Notes: generated from the sequence alone by a model not told the origin. A DNA stretch of 64,000 nt from Perna viridis (GCA_037379345.1 CM074515.1:3286001-3350000), one strand, 5' to 3'; positions 12,701 through 28,419 are shown, numbered from the stretch's first letter. Made by a program: numbers and translations.

Positions 12701-15700
12701 ACAAATTTCAATTTTGACATCCATTATCAATTTTTAAAAGTCCTTTAATTGGGGGGTTCAGAAAGGTGCCAGTTTGAGTCTTCTCATGCTTTTTACATAC
12801 TTAAGCAAATTTTGGATCATCTGTGTTAGTTGAAGTGATATTTTCATGACCTGGAGGGATTTTTTGTTACATGTACCTGCACAATTTTTATGATTTCCAC
12901 ATAATACTGAATTTTGGTGTGTCTACATTTGTACAAAGTAGTTGTCTAAATTCCTTTGAAATTCCAAATATTTATTGAAAACAAATTAAATGAGACATAA
13001 AAATTTTAATGTTTACCTTCATTTTGGCCTTGGGGATAAAAAGTATTATTACAGAAATATATAGGTGGTCATCTATAGAAATGTTCTGGACACAATTAGA
13101 TTTATAGAGGAATTAGCACACATCTATGACATTTGAAATTATTTCTCAGTTGGACATTATTCCATATTGCTTTATATAAAATGGTCATTATGGAGAGCAT
13201 GAGATATTTTGAATATAATAGCCAAAAACTTCACCTTTGTCACTTAGATGAATAGAACCATTTCCTGTTTGATTGTAGAAAACTTAATTTATGTTCTGAT
13301 AGTGGTCATTGTTACAAGAAAAGTTGCATAATATTCTACACAATAAATTGAAAAGGAGAGAAATTATTGTCAGAGAAAATAACTAGAATTATAAATTAAT
13401 GTTGGCATAGAAACCTGGATGTTAAAAACATGTCAAACTGGACAATGGTCAAATGTGTCATTTAAATAAATTAAAATTCCATTACAACACTATCATCCCC
13501 ATCACAATATAATTGTATTAAACTCTTCTTTTAAAACTGATCTATTTGATTTGAAAATAAGTCATAGCCACACAAGAAGATGTAATTTCCTCAAATGCTG
13601 TCCAAATTTCAACAAGTGTCATTTTCAAATCTTGAATTTTGAAAGAAGCTTTATAATAGTTTCCTTTGTGAAAGCCTGCTGTGTTCCCCCTAATCATTGC
13701 ATATGCACTATTATATTCGCTTAAATAGCATGTTAAGTAAAACATGGGATATTAGTATGGCTGCAGAACTCTTTCTGTACCCAAACTCAGTCAGTGGTTT
13801 TTGGGGAACAGGGTGTAATCATTATCTCATGCCAAGACTTAGGCAAATAAACTAAGCAGCCTCTGAAATTTCTTGACAATAAGGCTAAGCGGTGTTTATC
13901 CTGCTGGATAGGTGCTAAGTAATATGATGGATACTGAAATATGAATTCAGAATTTTTACATATACCATGTTGCACATTATTGATAAGAAACAAACTTCTC
14001 TCTTAAGCTGAAGACATGCATCAAACTTGTTGCTTATCTTCTAAAGGGGGTTAACTCTGGCCATTACTGCTTGGAGTGTTTTGTATATTGTAACAAAAAT
14101 TAGTCATTTTTGGGATTAGGACCAGACACATATTTTTGTCGCTATGAAAACTTCAAGCAGATTTTTCTGATATATTTTTGTAAAGTTCAAACATTTTCTG
14201 AAAGCTTTGACATTTGAACAAAGACCATAATAATTTATGTGGTAAACTATTAAGTGGTGCACCTAGATGTAGGAGACAAATCAGCGCACCAGGAACCTTT
14301 TGTACTTTACAAAAGCCAGATTAATTTTCCAAAGCCTCAGATATGCATTATAGAAACATGAATGATATATATTGGTATATTTTAAGTATAGGCTATTTAT
14401 TAAGAAAATGTATCCAGGAACGAAGGGGACAACCAGGTGAAAAATATTGAATAGGTTTATCACAAATCGTCATAAATAAGTCTCGTGGAAGGATCGATGG
14501 CATTTTGAATATTTCTCCCTAAATGCTTTTGTCAACAGTTTCAATTAAATTATATGTATGATATTGATGCAGTTTTATGAGTTAGAATATGCACGAACAT
14601 GTTCTGTACACCTCATATTTTAATGTCGTGGATGTATTATGCTGTATATCAAAATGAATGTAGTTAAATGGCTAATCGTTACTTTAGTGCATGTTCATAT
14701 ATTATTCAACAGATTGAATTAAATATCACACGATTTAAACTTTAATATTCTAAATTACATAATGCAACAAAATTTAATCAAAATTTTATTAAACTTTGCA
14801 AATTGATGCATGCAACAAAATTATTATAGTGGGATTAATCCGTTTTTAATATTTTTGGCTGTTATTAAAATCAAATTTAATAAAATATGAAATATTGATA
14901 CTGAAAAGTAATTAAATCTGAAGAATTTCAAATTTTTATGGGAACCACTTTTGATGTGATACAAAGAAATTCTTTACCATATTAAAACAAACATTAAAAT
15001 TGTTGTAATGACATTTTATTGGTGTTACTCTATTGGTGAACGAAAATAAAAACATGTCCTATGGGTATGGGTATTGTGAAATAATGGCCAGGAGTTTATA
15101 TATCTTATTAACGGTGATGTAATGAAACAATTTTTATTTCACATTATGTAAGTAGTTGACTTTGAATTTATCTTAACAAATCTAACAAGTAAAAAAATGT
15201 TATTATTATAAGATTATCATGACCTTTGTGTACTTAAGATATCAGATAATAATGAAATTGTTTCATTTGTCATGGAGTCTTCTGTTCACTGACAGCATTA
15301 CAATTATTGGCTGAAATAGGAGAAAAAAGAACACAGGAATTTTGTCTATTTTTTGTAAAGTAGATTAATTCAGGTGGGATTTTGACAGGTAACTTTTCTA
15401 TTTTCTGACAGTTAACATACATATGTAGAATTTTTACAATTAGATTTTGCTATATAAAGGAGTTAAACCAGTTTGTACTGAAAGAAATTGTTTTAGAAGT
15501 TCAGTAAATTTTAAAAAATTATGTTTGAAGCAAATTCTTATTTTATTTTGTCATTATTTGTGTTTGAAGTCATATCTTTTGACCCTTAATGTCAAAGATC
15601 AATTGTTAAGGACACAAGAAAATAGGATTTTTATTGCTAAAGATATTGGTAATACATTTAAAAATTAAGTGAAAAAATTTAGATTTTTGTGCCGTACTTG

Positions 15701-18700
15701 TTTAAGTAACACTTTTATTCCAATAAATTTATATGTAAATGTACTTTGGTGGACCATTGCTTATTAAGGGCAATAACTCTTAATAGTTTAGCCAGTTATA
15801 TTAATCCTACAATGTTGTACTATACTTTATCTAAGTGAATTATGCAAACAATTTGATGATAGAGAAGAAATAACTCATTAAATTTAGATTTAAGATGTTT
15901 ATTCTATAAAGTATATGATTATAAATAGGCTTAATAACAACTTAATGAAACATAAGTTTGATATGAAATTGCATCTAGGGATTTATAACAATAAAATATT
16001 CAATATGGTACAATTGTTCATGCTTTTTATTTGTAATTGTAGCTTACATAAAATAGCTTTATGTAGAAATTAAAATTTCATATTACTGCTCTAAGACATC
16101 AAAGGAAATAAGTTAATATAAATACCTCTGATCTTCTGCTTGATTTTCAGTAATCTAAACAGAATAAAACGATAAGTGTTAATATTTCTAAATATTCACA
16201 GATATTTTACATATGTGTGATGTACAACAGAAAAGGATTTTATGATAGACTATTCTTTGATTTTTTTTCATAAAATTTTATTTACAAAGTTGTAGGGAGT
16301 GCTTGATTCATGTAGGATTTAATCACCTTGCCGTTCATACCGAAGTACAACATTACATTAGTTATTCTTTTGATATGATATAGAATTTCATACTTTTGCT
16401 TTCCAAAACCATGGACACATGTAATGGTAGTTAAATCTCAAGGTTTTTAGCCTTAAATATTATCATCTCTTAATTCAATGTTTGGCAGTGATTGAATTAG
16501 ACTCCATTGTGTCTGTTCCTTCATATACTTGTATGTTGGAAAATATAGTCGTTAAGGAATCAAAACATGGTACATGTAACCTTTCCCCAGTGAATTTTCT
16601 GAAACTTAGAATGGCATCATGGTCAGAGACTTCCTTCCCACATCATAACTAAAATATATTTCATTGCTTCTTAGCCATTAAAGTCATTAATTAATACATT
16701 CCAAACCTCTAAAATTCCATTTCACAATGCTATCAAAAGTCATTATAAAAATTCCTTCTTTCCATATTCCATTTCTTTATAATTTATTTTCAAAGGTTGG
16801 GAAGATTCCATAAGTAATTGAGACTGATTATGTTAAATATTAGACTATGTCAATAATTCCTTACCACACATTAAGTTCTACCAAGTATCAAATGCAAGGA
16901 CACAAATCTAATTTATTTGATATGAATATACAGTGAGAACAATGTTAGTAATTTTGAATTGATTACACCCAAGATGTATTGCTATGAATAAATGTTTATG
17001 ATTTAGAAGTTTGTGTATGTCCAAAATTCTATACATAGTTTTATGGGAAAATCATTCCAAGGCTATATTTAGTCATTTTCTCAATAACCGACATGATTAA
17101 TTCATTTATATTGTAAAAAAAAGGGTCTGCACTTCAATTTTCATAAGCGCTTTTGTTATCATGTAACTATGAATTTCATAACACAGTACATGTAAAGGCA
17201 GATATGCCAAAAATTACAAAAATGTTAAAATCCAGTTATTGTTATACTACATGTATGACATGTACTCGGTCACATCTGATGCATGTCTCCGGTAAAATAT
17301 TTGGTCCTTTTCTCAGTGTACCTTTTTGTGATCTAATAAAGAACGTTATGTGTGGTCTTTGGTTTTCTCATTATACTAAACCAAAGATATGTATTTTAAT
17401 AATTTTTAACTTTCAACATGATTAACCTATAGATTGTTGTTAAATTAGAGTCATTCCTTGGTGAATTTAACTTTGTGACAATTCATATTTTAGTAATATT
17501 AGTAATGCTGTTTATTGTTAATATTTATGGGATTTTTTGCCAGTTATAGGATGATACCATCTTTATATATGTAGTTCGCCAGAATTTGTTATGTTTTGTG
17601 GTTTTATTTCATCATAATAATAATTTTTTTTTGTGGTTTTATTTTGACACAATAATAATAATTTTGTAGTTGACAGTCCACATCATCAATGTAACTTTCT
17701 AGTGAAATGAGTAGAATGTAGAACATTATTTTTTACATGAATTGTAAGCTGGTCTCACTTTCAAGTGAAAACAATACATATATTTTAATTGATGAGTTCC
17801 TACAAGTCAATATACTTCACTCAAAGATAAACTAACTGTTCCATTACAATATATTTGAACAAAATTGTTCTTATCATGGTCAGAATATTTACTGAACATT
17901 AATTCACAGCAGGATTTGATAAAGAGTTACCTCCCCTTATAGGTAGTTAGTAGCCTCTTTATCAGGTAATTTGTCAAAAGGTAGCAGTGCACACAGCAAG
18001 ACAACATATAAACTTGGCAGGAACTGTTAGCATAACTCTGGAAATTATCACATTTTACTCCCAGACTAAACTTATCATTATAATAGACGAAAATTTGTCA
18101 TAAATTTATGTTATAGGTGTGTGGTAGCAGTCTGGTTTATGAATGAATATCACACATGGCTTTTCTCATATCTGAATCTTTTTGACAATCATTTTCTCAA
18201 TTTTCATCTTAAATACAGTTATATCTTTCTCATCTATCTAATATTGCCAGATTTCAAATTTTTGGAAGCTTTTTAAAGTGAGCTTATGTGTGCATGCATC
18301 TGATTATAAGAGTTTATCTATTTGGCTTCTGACATATATCATATATAATATTCCATTTTAATCTTATATCGTATACTTATTCATTTTTGCCAAGTATTTG
18401 AAACTTGTGATAGCAAAAATATGCTTCTGATATCTTTCTTATTTGTGAAATTAAATTCAGAATCAATTTTATATTTGGATTCTAATTTCTATAAAAAAAA
18501 AGGGTGGACCCAAGAAATTTGATTACTATTTTGGTTTTTGAAAGGGAATTTTTGACAAAATATCAAATAGATAGGTCCAATGTAAATTTTATTCACTTAC
18601 AAAACACAACTGAATATAAATCAGAAAGCAGTAAATAATAAATTTTCTTATCCATTTTGAGGGGCAATAACTCCACAAAGTATATACAATTTACATACAA

Positions 18701-20454
18701 GAAATGATCAACAAACATTTTGTAGTATAGGTGTATTGATACTCTAGTGGAATTTGTCAATATTAAGTGAATGATTAAACCAGTGATCAAAGAATCTGCC
18801 TGATAAAAGCCCATAGTGATACCTATGATTATTTAGAGTCTATTTATCCTTTATCAATACTGTAGTAATAACTGACCCTTAAATGAAGGGTCATCCAAAC
18901 TCTTTGGTGGTATTGAAGACCTCACGGTTTAGTTATCAGGGTTTATTGACAAGGGCTTTAACACTGTTGACCTTTATCGGTATCCTGGTGTCTGTTCCCT
19001 CTTGTGAAACATGTAGTGGGGTTCACAATAATTATCATATTTGTCAGAAGAATGAAGTTATCAGCAATTTTAAAGTTGACAGTTTGTATCAGTGATTATT
19101 TTATTTTTCTCTTAAATTGTTTTGTGCTGTGAAAATTGGATAATTGAACATAGAATTAGATATTCATTAGTTTTGTGGAAGAAATCTTTAATTAAATGTC
19201 TTAGAAAAATAGAAACATACAAATATATAGACTAAATATAACATATAATACTGTGTGATGTTGATACCTGAATCATAACACAAATTTTTATGTGATGAAA
19301 AATTTTTTTTATCATTGATTGTACAATTTTATCAGATGTTATATAAGAGACCCACAAAGTTAATTTGCCACCCAAGTAACAATAGTTATACTGATACAAC
19401 TGTGCATTATGATTTTAATTTAATTATCATATTTCATGCCAAAAATATTTTCACAACTTTTTGTCGCCTTTTTCAGTATTGTGCATGCTAGTAATGCAAA
19501 AATATATGCCTTAATAAAAAGTTTTAGTGCAATCAATGCCAAAAATCAGTAAAAACTGATATTCAATATTTGTGTTCAGACAAGACCAAATCATACATCC
19601 TCCATTATAGACCATTATCTATAGTATTGTGTTTTATTTTGAAATGTTAAATTTCTATCAAGCTGTCAGAAGATTTCAATTTCATAATCACAAATTATAT
19701 CAATGTATAGTTAGATGGTTATCTAGTATGTATGGAGTGCTGTATATTGATGGCAGTTTAGAAAGACTACATTCACTCACTGTTTGACAAGCATGGTGGT
19801 TTTTTGGCTTATATTTTAACCTTTTGACTTAAAGCTCAGATATGTCAAAAAGAACAAAATAATTATTGAAATGACAACAAAACATAGTGTAAATTTGTGG
19901 CTGACCCTGAGATGGTAGGTCTGATATGGACTGTAACAATCCTATATGACACAATATTAAAGTATAAATACTGATTGTGCATGAAACGTTGCATTTCAGT
20001 ATAAACTGACATGACATTTCAATCATGAGGCAATATTTGTTCAGGGGTTAACAAACCACAGGTGTACAACAATATGATTTATTGTTACAGTTTTGCCAGG
20101 GTTGTTGTAGAAACAATTTTTGTGTCTTGTGAGACAAGTTGAAGACAGTCAACTTACATCAGTTTAGCATGACCTTCATTTTCCTGTACTTAAAATGTAT
20201 TCAAAGTTATGGAATTTTAGAAAAAAATCTTTTCTGACACTTGGACATAGAAAATTATACAGGATTTAATAGGGGTTGTGATGGAAATTCACAATTTTTA
20301 GATGGGTTCGATAGAGTTGGTGGGTTGGGTACCATTTTTGAATGAATAATAATTAATGGCCGTTGACACACTTCATATTTTAAGTAACAGTGTAGAGAAC
20401 TGTACTTATCTTAAAAGACAGATGTAGTACGTTTTCTTCAGTTGTCCTGAAAAT

Positions 20455-20850
20455 ATCAGTATATGACAGATACATGTATCTATGTATGTGTATCAGACTG
20501 TATAGCACTTGGTACCAATATATTACTGATGTCTGTGTACCTGCACAGACTGTATAGCTTTTGGTACCAGTATATGACTGCTATCTGCGTATATCCAACT
20601 ATAAAGCACTTGGTACCAGTGTATGACTGATATCTATGTATGTGTATATCAACTATAAAGCACTTGGTACCAGTGTATGACTGATATCTATGTACATGTG
20701 TCCCAACTATAAAGCACTTGGTACCAGTATACATCGGATATCTGTGTACGTGTATCAGACCATAAAGCACTTGGTGACAGTGTATTACTGATATCTGTGT
20801 AGGTGTATCAGACTGTATAGTACTTGGTACCAGTATGTGACTGATATCTG
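20455..20850. repeat. Minisatellite, ~49-54-bp unit, ~7 copies
   Basis: The ggtacc core recurs at 20511, 20563, 20612, 20666, 20720, (20773) and 20826. Confidence 0.9.
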
Positions 20851-23769
20851 TATAGGATTATCCTTTGTACATGTATAGAGGTTGATAAATTGTGAATTTT
20901 GTAACCATTAGTCTGGAAATTAGTCCAGTTATGGAGAAAGTATACTGTATTCTATGTAATTTGATGTCTTTTTGACACCTTAAAGAAGACCTTTGTATGC
21001 CATTTCAGAAAGATTCAGTTAAAATGTGATTATAAGAAAAAATAATATTTATATTTAAAAATGATATGTGGTGATCAAGTTAAGTTTTATTACTTCTCTC
21101 TGCACCTGTAGACTAAATATGATACTATTAAATGTTAAAGATACTGAATCATAAAGATGTAGGTAAGTGGTATGCTGACACTAGGTTACTATTGATATCA
21201 TAATTAAAATATCTTATTTTATCATTTTTTCTTCTATATTTGTATAATTAAAGCTGACATTGGCAATTTTCAGTTTCCATAATGATAAGTATGACTTTTG
21301 GGTTTTACAGTAAGTAACAACTGATATTCAGAATGGCTATGTGCTCTTTTAAATCATTTTTCAGTTTTAATTTATTCTAAATTAATAACAGATCATCATT
21401 TTGAGGAGCAAAATTGTTCAGTGCCTTGGATGTATAAGAAAATTGAGGCTTTACAGCCAGGTGTTGAAAAACAAATTTTGTAGAAATCTTTGTTGACACT
21501 TTTGGCCTATACTTAAGTTTTAATATGTGGTAATTTATCCTGCTTGCCATTCATTAATGATTCAGACTGCATCCTAGGTCTTCTATCTAGCCATGTCAAG
21601 TCTTTCCATATTAAAATTTCACATTTGCAATTAAAGGTAAATTTATTACCTGTACATCTGGGAAAGTTTATCCCACCCAGAACTAGATAACTTCAGCTCT
21701 TAATATCAATTTGATAGAAACATGAAAATGATATGAAAATAACCCACTATAAATAAAGAAAAACAGATTAATCTTGTATTTTGATACTCAATATAAAATT
21801 TTCCATAAGGTCAGTTGTTTTTCATTCTTTTTCTGTGACTCAACTTTTCATCCTCTTAGATTACCTGTCCAATTTTAGACACCTGTCTATTTTATACTGA
21901 TTTCTGTGCTATATAAGATTATGCATTAACAAGTACCCTTTAGAATTGAGATGGTCTAAACTTGTCTGATTTTACAAATTTATGGTATATTTATTCATTA
22001 ACACCCTTTTGTTAACCCTTAATACAAAGAAATCTATTGGTATAATGAAACATCTTTTGATGTTAAGTTTTGTATGTGAATTAAATATAAAGTTGAATTA
22101 TGTATGAATTTTATTGATATCAAGGGAAACGACTCTTTATATTTACTCTCATATTTCATGGTTTTTAGTATTTCATTTTATTGTACTGATAATCTGACAT
22201 TTCAATTGTAGGGTAACCTTTTAGATATAAATGTCTGAAAATTTGCATAATTACAAACTATTTTATGGAGTTCCAGTATTTTTTTATCAGTGAAAGCATC
22301 TGTAAAAGAGGATCACTTAGGATTCCCATGACGGTCTTTAAAAAGTCATGAAGATGAGACCCTCCAATATACATGAATGGCCCATATGGCATGTTAAAGC
22401 CCATTTATCAATTTGCATTCATACCATGACAAAATGTCCCTATTGTTTTGAATCTGCTAATAACAGCTCTCAAATTTGGCTGTGATAATTTTCACATCAT
22501 TTTACATCACCCTAAGATATTATGTGTTATAATGATAAACTGGACTGCATGACAAGAGCATATTAACATTGACATTTTTGAACTTCTAATTACAAGTGCA
22601 CACATCCAGTAATCAAAAATCAAATAACAGTGTTCTGAGATTTCAAAATTCATATTCATTCTAATAGTTTATCACTCCCATTGGATGAAAGCTTCACAGA
22701 TAATATCGAAAAAAAAGTCATCAGATGAAATCAAATTGTGACTGTCTGTCAACTTTAATATGAAACAAATTAAAAAACTTGCACATTTTCATCAGTGTAA
22801 GATATGATCGTCAAGGCATATGGTCAAAAAGATTAGAAATATTCAATATTTAAATTGTCAATTCTCTAGAGTGTTGTTTATAGTATTTTATGATATCGTT
22901 GATCATAATTGATTCAAAACAAATTTAGGTATAAGTTTTATTAGGAAGATGGACACTAAGATTGTTATTTTACAAGGGTATTAATTTGTAACATGAAAAT
23001 ATAAACTTGAGAAAAATCAGAAAAAAACTGGTTGAAGTATAAACACATTAAGAGATAAATTTTGTGTTGATTCAGATGAACTTCTCTTTCATATATACTG
23101 ATAACACTAGAAAATTTGTTCTGAAATAGTGATATATTATCAAGAAAGGAAGAGAAATGTCTAAAATCTTATTTTAAAAACAATAAACAGCAAAACTTCT
23201 GATATAAAGGGTAGATTAAACTAAAATATATGACTTGAGTCATTATGCTTTTCAAAAAAGAAAGAAAAAGAAATGCAGGTTCATCTTATAGCACTCGAAT
23301 AGATGGTACTGAAAGTATAGTATTATTTAGGTCATTGACTTCTAGAGAGTCCTACTTGGTTTTGAAAATTTTCACCTATAGTTCAACAACAATCATCTTG
23401 ACATGCCAGAGTCAATGATTATGAGGATGATTTGTGATAACTAACCATATCATATACATAGTATCTGTTCTAACTGTTCCATGACCACCATCTGATGTCT
23501 ACAGACACAGTCTCATTGTGTGGTTTCACAGTTCACTTCGGATTGTAAATTTGTCAAAATTTTAAGTTTTACATCTTTGGAGGTCTGCTGTGGCTAATTT
23601 TTAAAGTTGGAAATTTTTTTTTTGTGGTAGGTCCCTCTTTTTGTAAAATCACACCATTGTTATGAGTGGTATTTTGGAAATGCACTAGTCATCTATAATA
23701 AGATATATTGGTCAATGCACTGATACTTTAATAGTATGATTCATTACTCATTTTGTTTTGTCTTTTCAG

Positions 23770-24588
23770 GTTCTGAGCCAGCAGAGGCACCAGTACCTTC
23801 AGCTTCACCAGAACGTGTTGACGCTCATGTCTGTGGAAAGTGTCGGGAAGAATTTCTCATTCTTGAAGACTTTGTAGAACATAAAAAACAGTGTATTAAA
23901 CAACAACATTGTGTATTTTTTGACGCTAGTGAAAGTGAAGATTTCTCAGACAGTGGTCTTGATTTGAACTGTAAAGAGCATATTCTAGAGAGCCATAGAT
24001 CCTTTCCGTTAGAAGGTGGATCTGACGGTGAAGAAGACATGGAGCATTACGAGGAAGAAGAGGAAAATAAAAATGAAATAAACAATGAACTTAGAAATGA
24101 AAATATTGATGAAGAAAACCATCAGGTCATCGATGGAGATGAAAGGTCAGATGAAAGTGAAGATGAGGACCATAAAGATCTCAATCAAAATGTTGACTTT
24201 TCTAAAAAGGTCCGTCATGAAGCTGAAATGAATGCTGCTTTGTCTCAGCTTATGTTCCCTTTTGGCCCAGGGCTTCCTAACATGGACACAAATGTGACAT
24301 TAGAGCCATTATTGGCCACTAAAGCTGCTGTAGCTCAGTTTGCAGAGAACAACAATTTACCACCAAATGACATTGCAGTTCTTCATAGTACACTATACAG
24401 TCTACAACAGCAGCAGATACTACAGTTACAGTTGATACAACAGTTACAGACCCAGTTAATGATGGGACTGCCACCTACATTACCAATGGGGCAGTTCCCA
24501 TTACCCATGGGATTACCAATGCCACCCATGAGGAATGATAGAGATAATGAGGAAGATGAAGAGAGTGACAATGTTGATAGTGAAAAAG
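23770..24588 (+). CDS. sall: SALL coding exon 2: C2HC finger, acidic region, Q-rich segment
   Basis: Acceptor tgtcttttcag|GT. Encodes HVCGKCREEF..DFVEHKKQC, NVTLEPLLATKAAVAQF and LYSLQQQQILQLQLIQQLQTQL. Donor AAAG|gtaggt at 24589 gives the phase needed for exon 3. Confidence 0.92.
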
Positions 24589-24776
24589 GTAGGTAATAGG
24601 AAGGAAAGGGGCATTTCTGTAAATATTAATTGAAATTTTGAATCTGGAAACCTGGAGAAACCTGTTTAACAGTTAATATTTAACATTTATCTATTACTTA
24701 TGCCTATACCATGATTAAGAACTATAAATAAATATTGAAGTAGTTTGCTATAGTTGCCATTACTATTTATTTGCAG

Positions 24777-24968
24777 GAGACGATGACAAGCAGGAGGAAG
24801 CAGATGATGTGGAACCAAGAAGTGAATGTGCCAGTCCACCTCCACAACAACCCCCTGTTTCCATGGCAACATCTACTGAAACCAGTTTGCCATCATCTCT
24901 ACCACTACCAGGCAGTAACCCAGTAACATCCACTGGTCCTCCATCAGAATTTGCTAAGCTGACTAAAT
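24777..24968 (+). CDS. sall: SALL coding exon 3: acidic, Pro/Ser-rich linker
   Basis: Acceptor tatttatttgcag|GA, open frame GDDDKQEEADDVEPRSECASPPPQ...EFAKLTK, donor T|gtatgt at 24969. Phase 1 at both ends. Confidence 0.8.
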
Positions 24969-27765
24969 GTATGTACCTTTGCATATTTTTCTATACTTTA
25001 AAATACTGGAAGTGATTTTTTATGAGTACATGGTTTTTGGATATATTATAAATTAAAATTTGGAAAGTTTAAAGAAATATAACTTTCATTTTTCTGTTTT
25101 TTTTATCTTCCTTGTCTTCTAAGACAATTCTAAAGTAATATATCCATGTTTTTTTTCTATATTTGACCAATTAACTTGGTAGGGAGATAGATTTTAGGTT
25201 TTGCCTAATAAATAAACTTGTACAAAAAAACCCTAAATTCTAATATATTACACTGCATTGGACATTTTCAAGTTTAAACCATAAATTAAAGGGTTTGAAG
25301 AATGAGTAAAAAAACAAATGTCCGAGGCCATATTCTATTATACTGCTGTGTGTGGTCATATAACTAGACTAACTGAAGGTTTCCTTAAGCCAATTGTTGT
25401 ATAATCCTTCAATTCATGTGAAAATGATACCAAACTAGAGGTATAATTTTGTAATACATATAAAGATGATATTTATGCAGATGAGGGCTATTCTACCAGG
25501 GGTTTCATTGTTCAGTGAAATCCACCTGTAATTTCCATGTCATAAAATATGATTTATGCATCCAATGACAAGTTAAATAGATGTATTATATGTAACTTTA
25601 TAATCAAATATTATTGAAGAGTTCAAAATTTCTTATTCAGGTTTTTTTTAAAAAGGTTAAAGCTTGACCGTGATGTCTTATTTTTTGTACTTTGAATGAT
25701 ACAGATAATAGGGTTGTGCAAAGTACCCATACACATCAACATTAGTACATATATATATGTTAGGTAAAATTCTTAAGGGAATGAAACGGATCATTTTCAT
25801 ATTGATATTCAGATAATAATTTTTTAGCCATCATCATAGAGGGATTCATTGCAAAAAGTCTATCTTTAGCTATCACTGATGTGCATAAGTAAGGTAGAAT
25901 GACTTTTAAATGGTTTCCTGTCCGCAGGGATCTAACTCTGTCATGTATGTCAGAACTTCTGTAATTTGTCAAAAGTCACGATTGTTCACTGAACCCCTGA
26001 CTGTCAGGGGATATACAGTTCATAAAATAATTTATAAAATACAAATATCATTTAATCAAAACCCATTTCATAAATTGCTGTACTGCATCATAAAATGCCA
26101 AAATAATTATAAAAGTAAATACTGCAGAGGTACATTGAGACAATCTATTTTGGGTTTTAATTCACAATTTATGAAATATTGATAATTCATTCTGATATTT
26201 ATCAGTAGTTAAATATTGGTAAGGCCAGACAAATAATATTTCTGTCAATAGGGATCAAGATGGGAAGCCCAACAATAAAGTAATAGGATATGTATCATGT
26301 CTCATACCACAATGTAAAATAGTTAGGCATTTTTTACATGTATTTAGGTTCATAAACATAAGATTGGCCTTCTTGAAAGTCAGAATTGTGTTTTGGATAA
26401 CATTAATTACTATGACTGATAAATTGTGGAATGGATAAAATCAGCTATAATAGTGCAAACAAAAAAAAACCAAGAACTTAGCAAAAAGAGATTTGAGGAA
26501 AACCATGATAGAGAAATATTTTATGTTTCCCTTTTGTGATCTAGATTGAATTGTTGAGATGGCCTTTATTTTTAAAAAAAAAAATATTACTGATAGCACA
26601 AAAATGGTGTTCATCATAATTTTCTCTGTGCACTTAAAAATGACTTTAATAACACAACATGAGATTTTATTTTTGCCATAATTGAAAAACAAGAAGTAAT
26701 TTTAAGTAATAAAAGCGGAAAGAAATGTACAAAGTCATATATTTTAATGGTTATATAATACCAAATCATAAAGTTAAAACAATATATTTTGCATGAACAG
26801 AAATAATTGACAATAAATTTTAGCAGTATTCATAGAAAGTCATATTTGGCTTATTTTTCAATCCTGTTTCCATGGATTTTGTAATTTAAGTTCAATATAA
26901 TCAAGAAAATATGCAATTATAAGAGACTTTATTATACATGTTATATTTTATGACTTTAGAAAATATCCATAATTTTATGGAAGTTGAAACTAACAACTAC
27001 AAAAATGAAGTAACGAATTTAATAAAGAGATATTTTAAGATTAAGATAGTTACTAACTTTTTTTATATTTCATGTAAACTCAAAATACTTCAGTGATAAA
27101 ATTCATTTGACATGAAATACAAAAAAAAAAAAAAGGAAAAGGGAAGTGGTGTTCCATGTCCCATATCTTACATTAAATTTTCATGGAATATTTATGATTT
27201 TTAGGAATTTGATGTGAATGTGTTAATAACTTACAAGGTTTGAACATTTACTATGGGATACTGCTTTGATATATTTGTGATAAATGGTAGTGTATGATGA
27301 TACATGTTTATAAGCCTGGTTTAATGGTTTATTAGCCGTAACAGTTGATCAAAAGAAGCAGACTTATTTGTTACATGTTATTTTCTTTCCTGGACATTTT
27401 TTGGCCAAATATTTTTCTTTTTATAACTCAAGGCTTTACAAGATTATTTTTTCTTTTTCCAAAGTATGATAGATTTAGCCTTCAAAGACATTTTTTGCTT
27501 CTTTAAAGGTAAAAATCTCACAAAAAATGATGGATGTTTTTACCCAAGATATTGATTATGTCTCTTTCTAACTGTTGTCAAAATGTATCGACAGTATGGT
27601 GTAATCTATTAAGGATGATAAAATATGATGTATGAGAAAATGTGATTCTCTTTAGGAATCTCCATTGGACAAACATCTGTCAAATATGGATGGAAACATG
27701 AAAATTGACATCAGTTTTACCTTTGTCTGTTCTTATCATTCAATCAAGTCTTGGAACATCTTTGA

Positions 27766-27768
<3 letters not shown>

Positions 27769-27801
<33 letters not shown>
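27769..27801. repeat. (TA)n microsatellite
   Basis: About 16 perfect TA units. Confidence 0.95.
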
Positions 27802-27804
<3 letters not shown>

Positions 27805-28419
27805 GTGTATAACATAATTTAAAGTTTAAGTGTCAAATTCCTTACATGCAAGTTTAACAAAAAATTGTCTCCCTTTTTTTTTGTATAGATATATCTCCCC
27901 TGTTTGTAGAGTGTCACAACTCAATATGCCTCATATGATGAATAACAATTTTGATCAATGACTAAAAATTGGCAGAATCATAATTGAACTGAAACCCAGA
28001 CAATTAGATTAGATTGGGATGCCTCCTTGTAAGTGATGAAATTAACAGTAATGAAAAAAGCAGATCCATATGTAATTGAATATTTATATTCCTTCTGAGC
28101 AAACACCAGGATAACATTTGGGAAAATGAACTTTTTATTTGGTTGTTGTACCATAGTTAATGATAACAATTGTTGAAAAAAAAGTTGAACCATGACATAA
28201 TTTGTGATATTTATAAAAGTCCCTTCTATAATAAGAACACTATTTAATTATAGCTTGATAAACATTCTAATATGGAATAGATTGACTTCTGAATTGAAGC
28301 ATGGTCTGAAGATTTTAGCACTCTAATGTGAACAATCAACCAACAGTTCTGAAATCAATATCATAAAATATATATATTTCTAATGAATCACATGGGGTCA
28401 GGTAATCAGGTAGTGCTAT

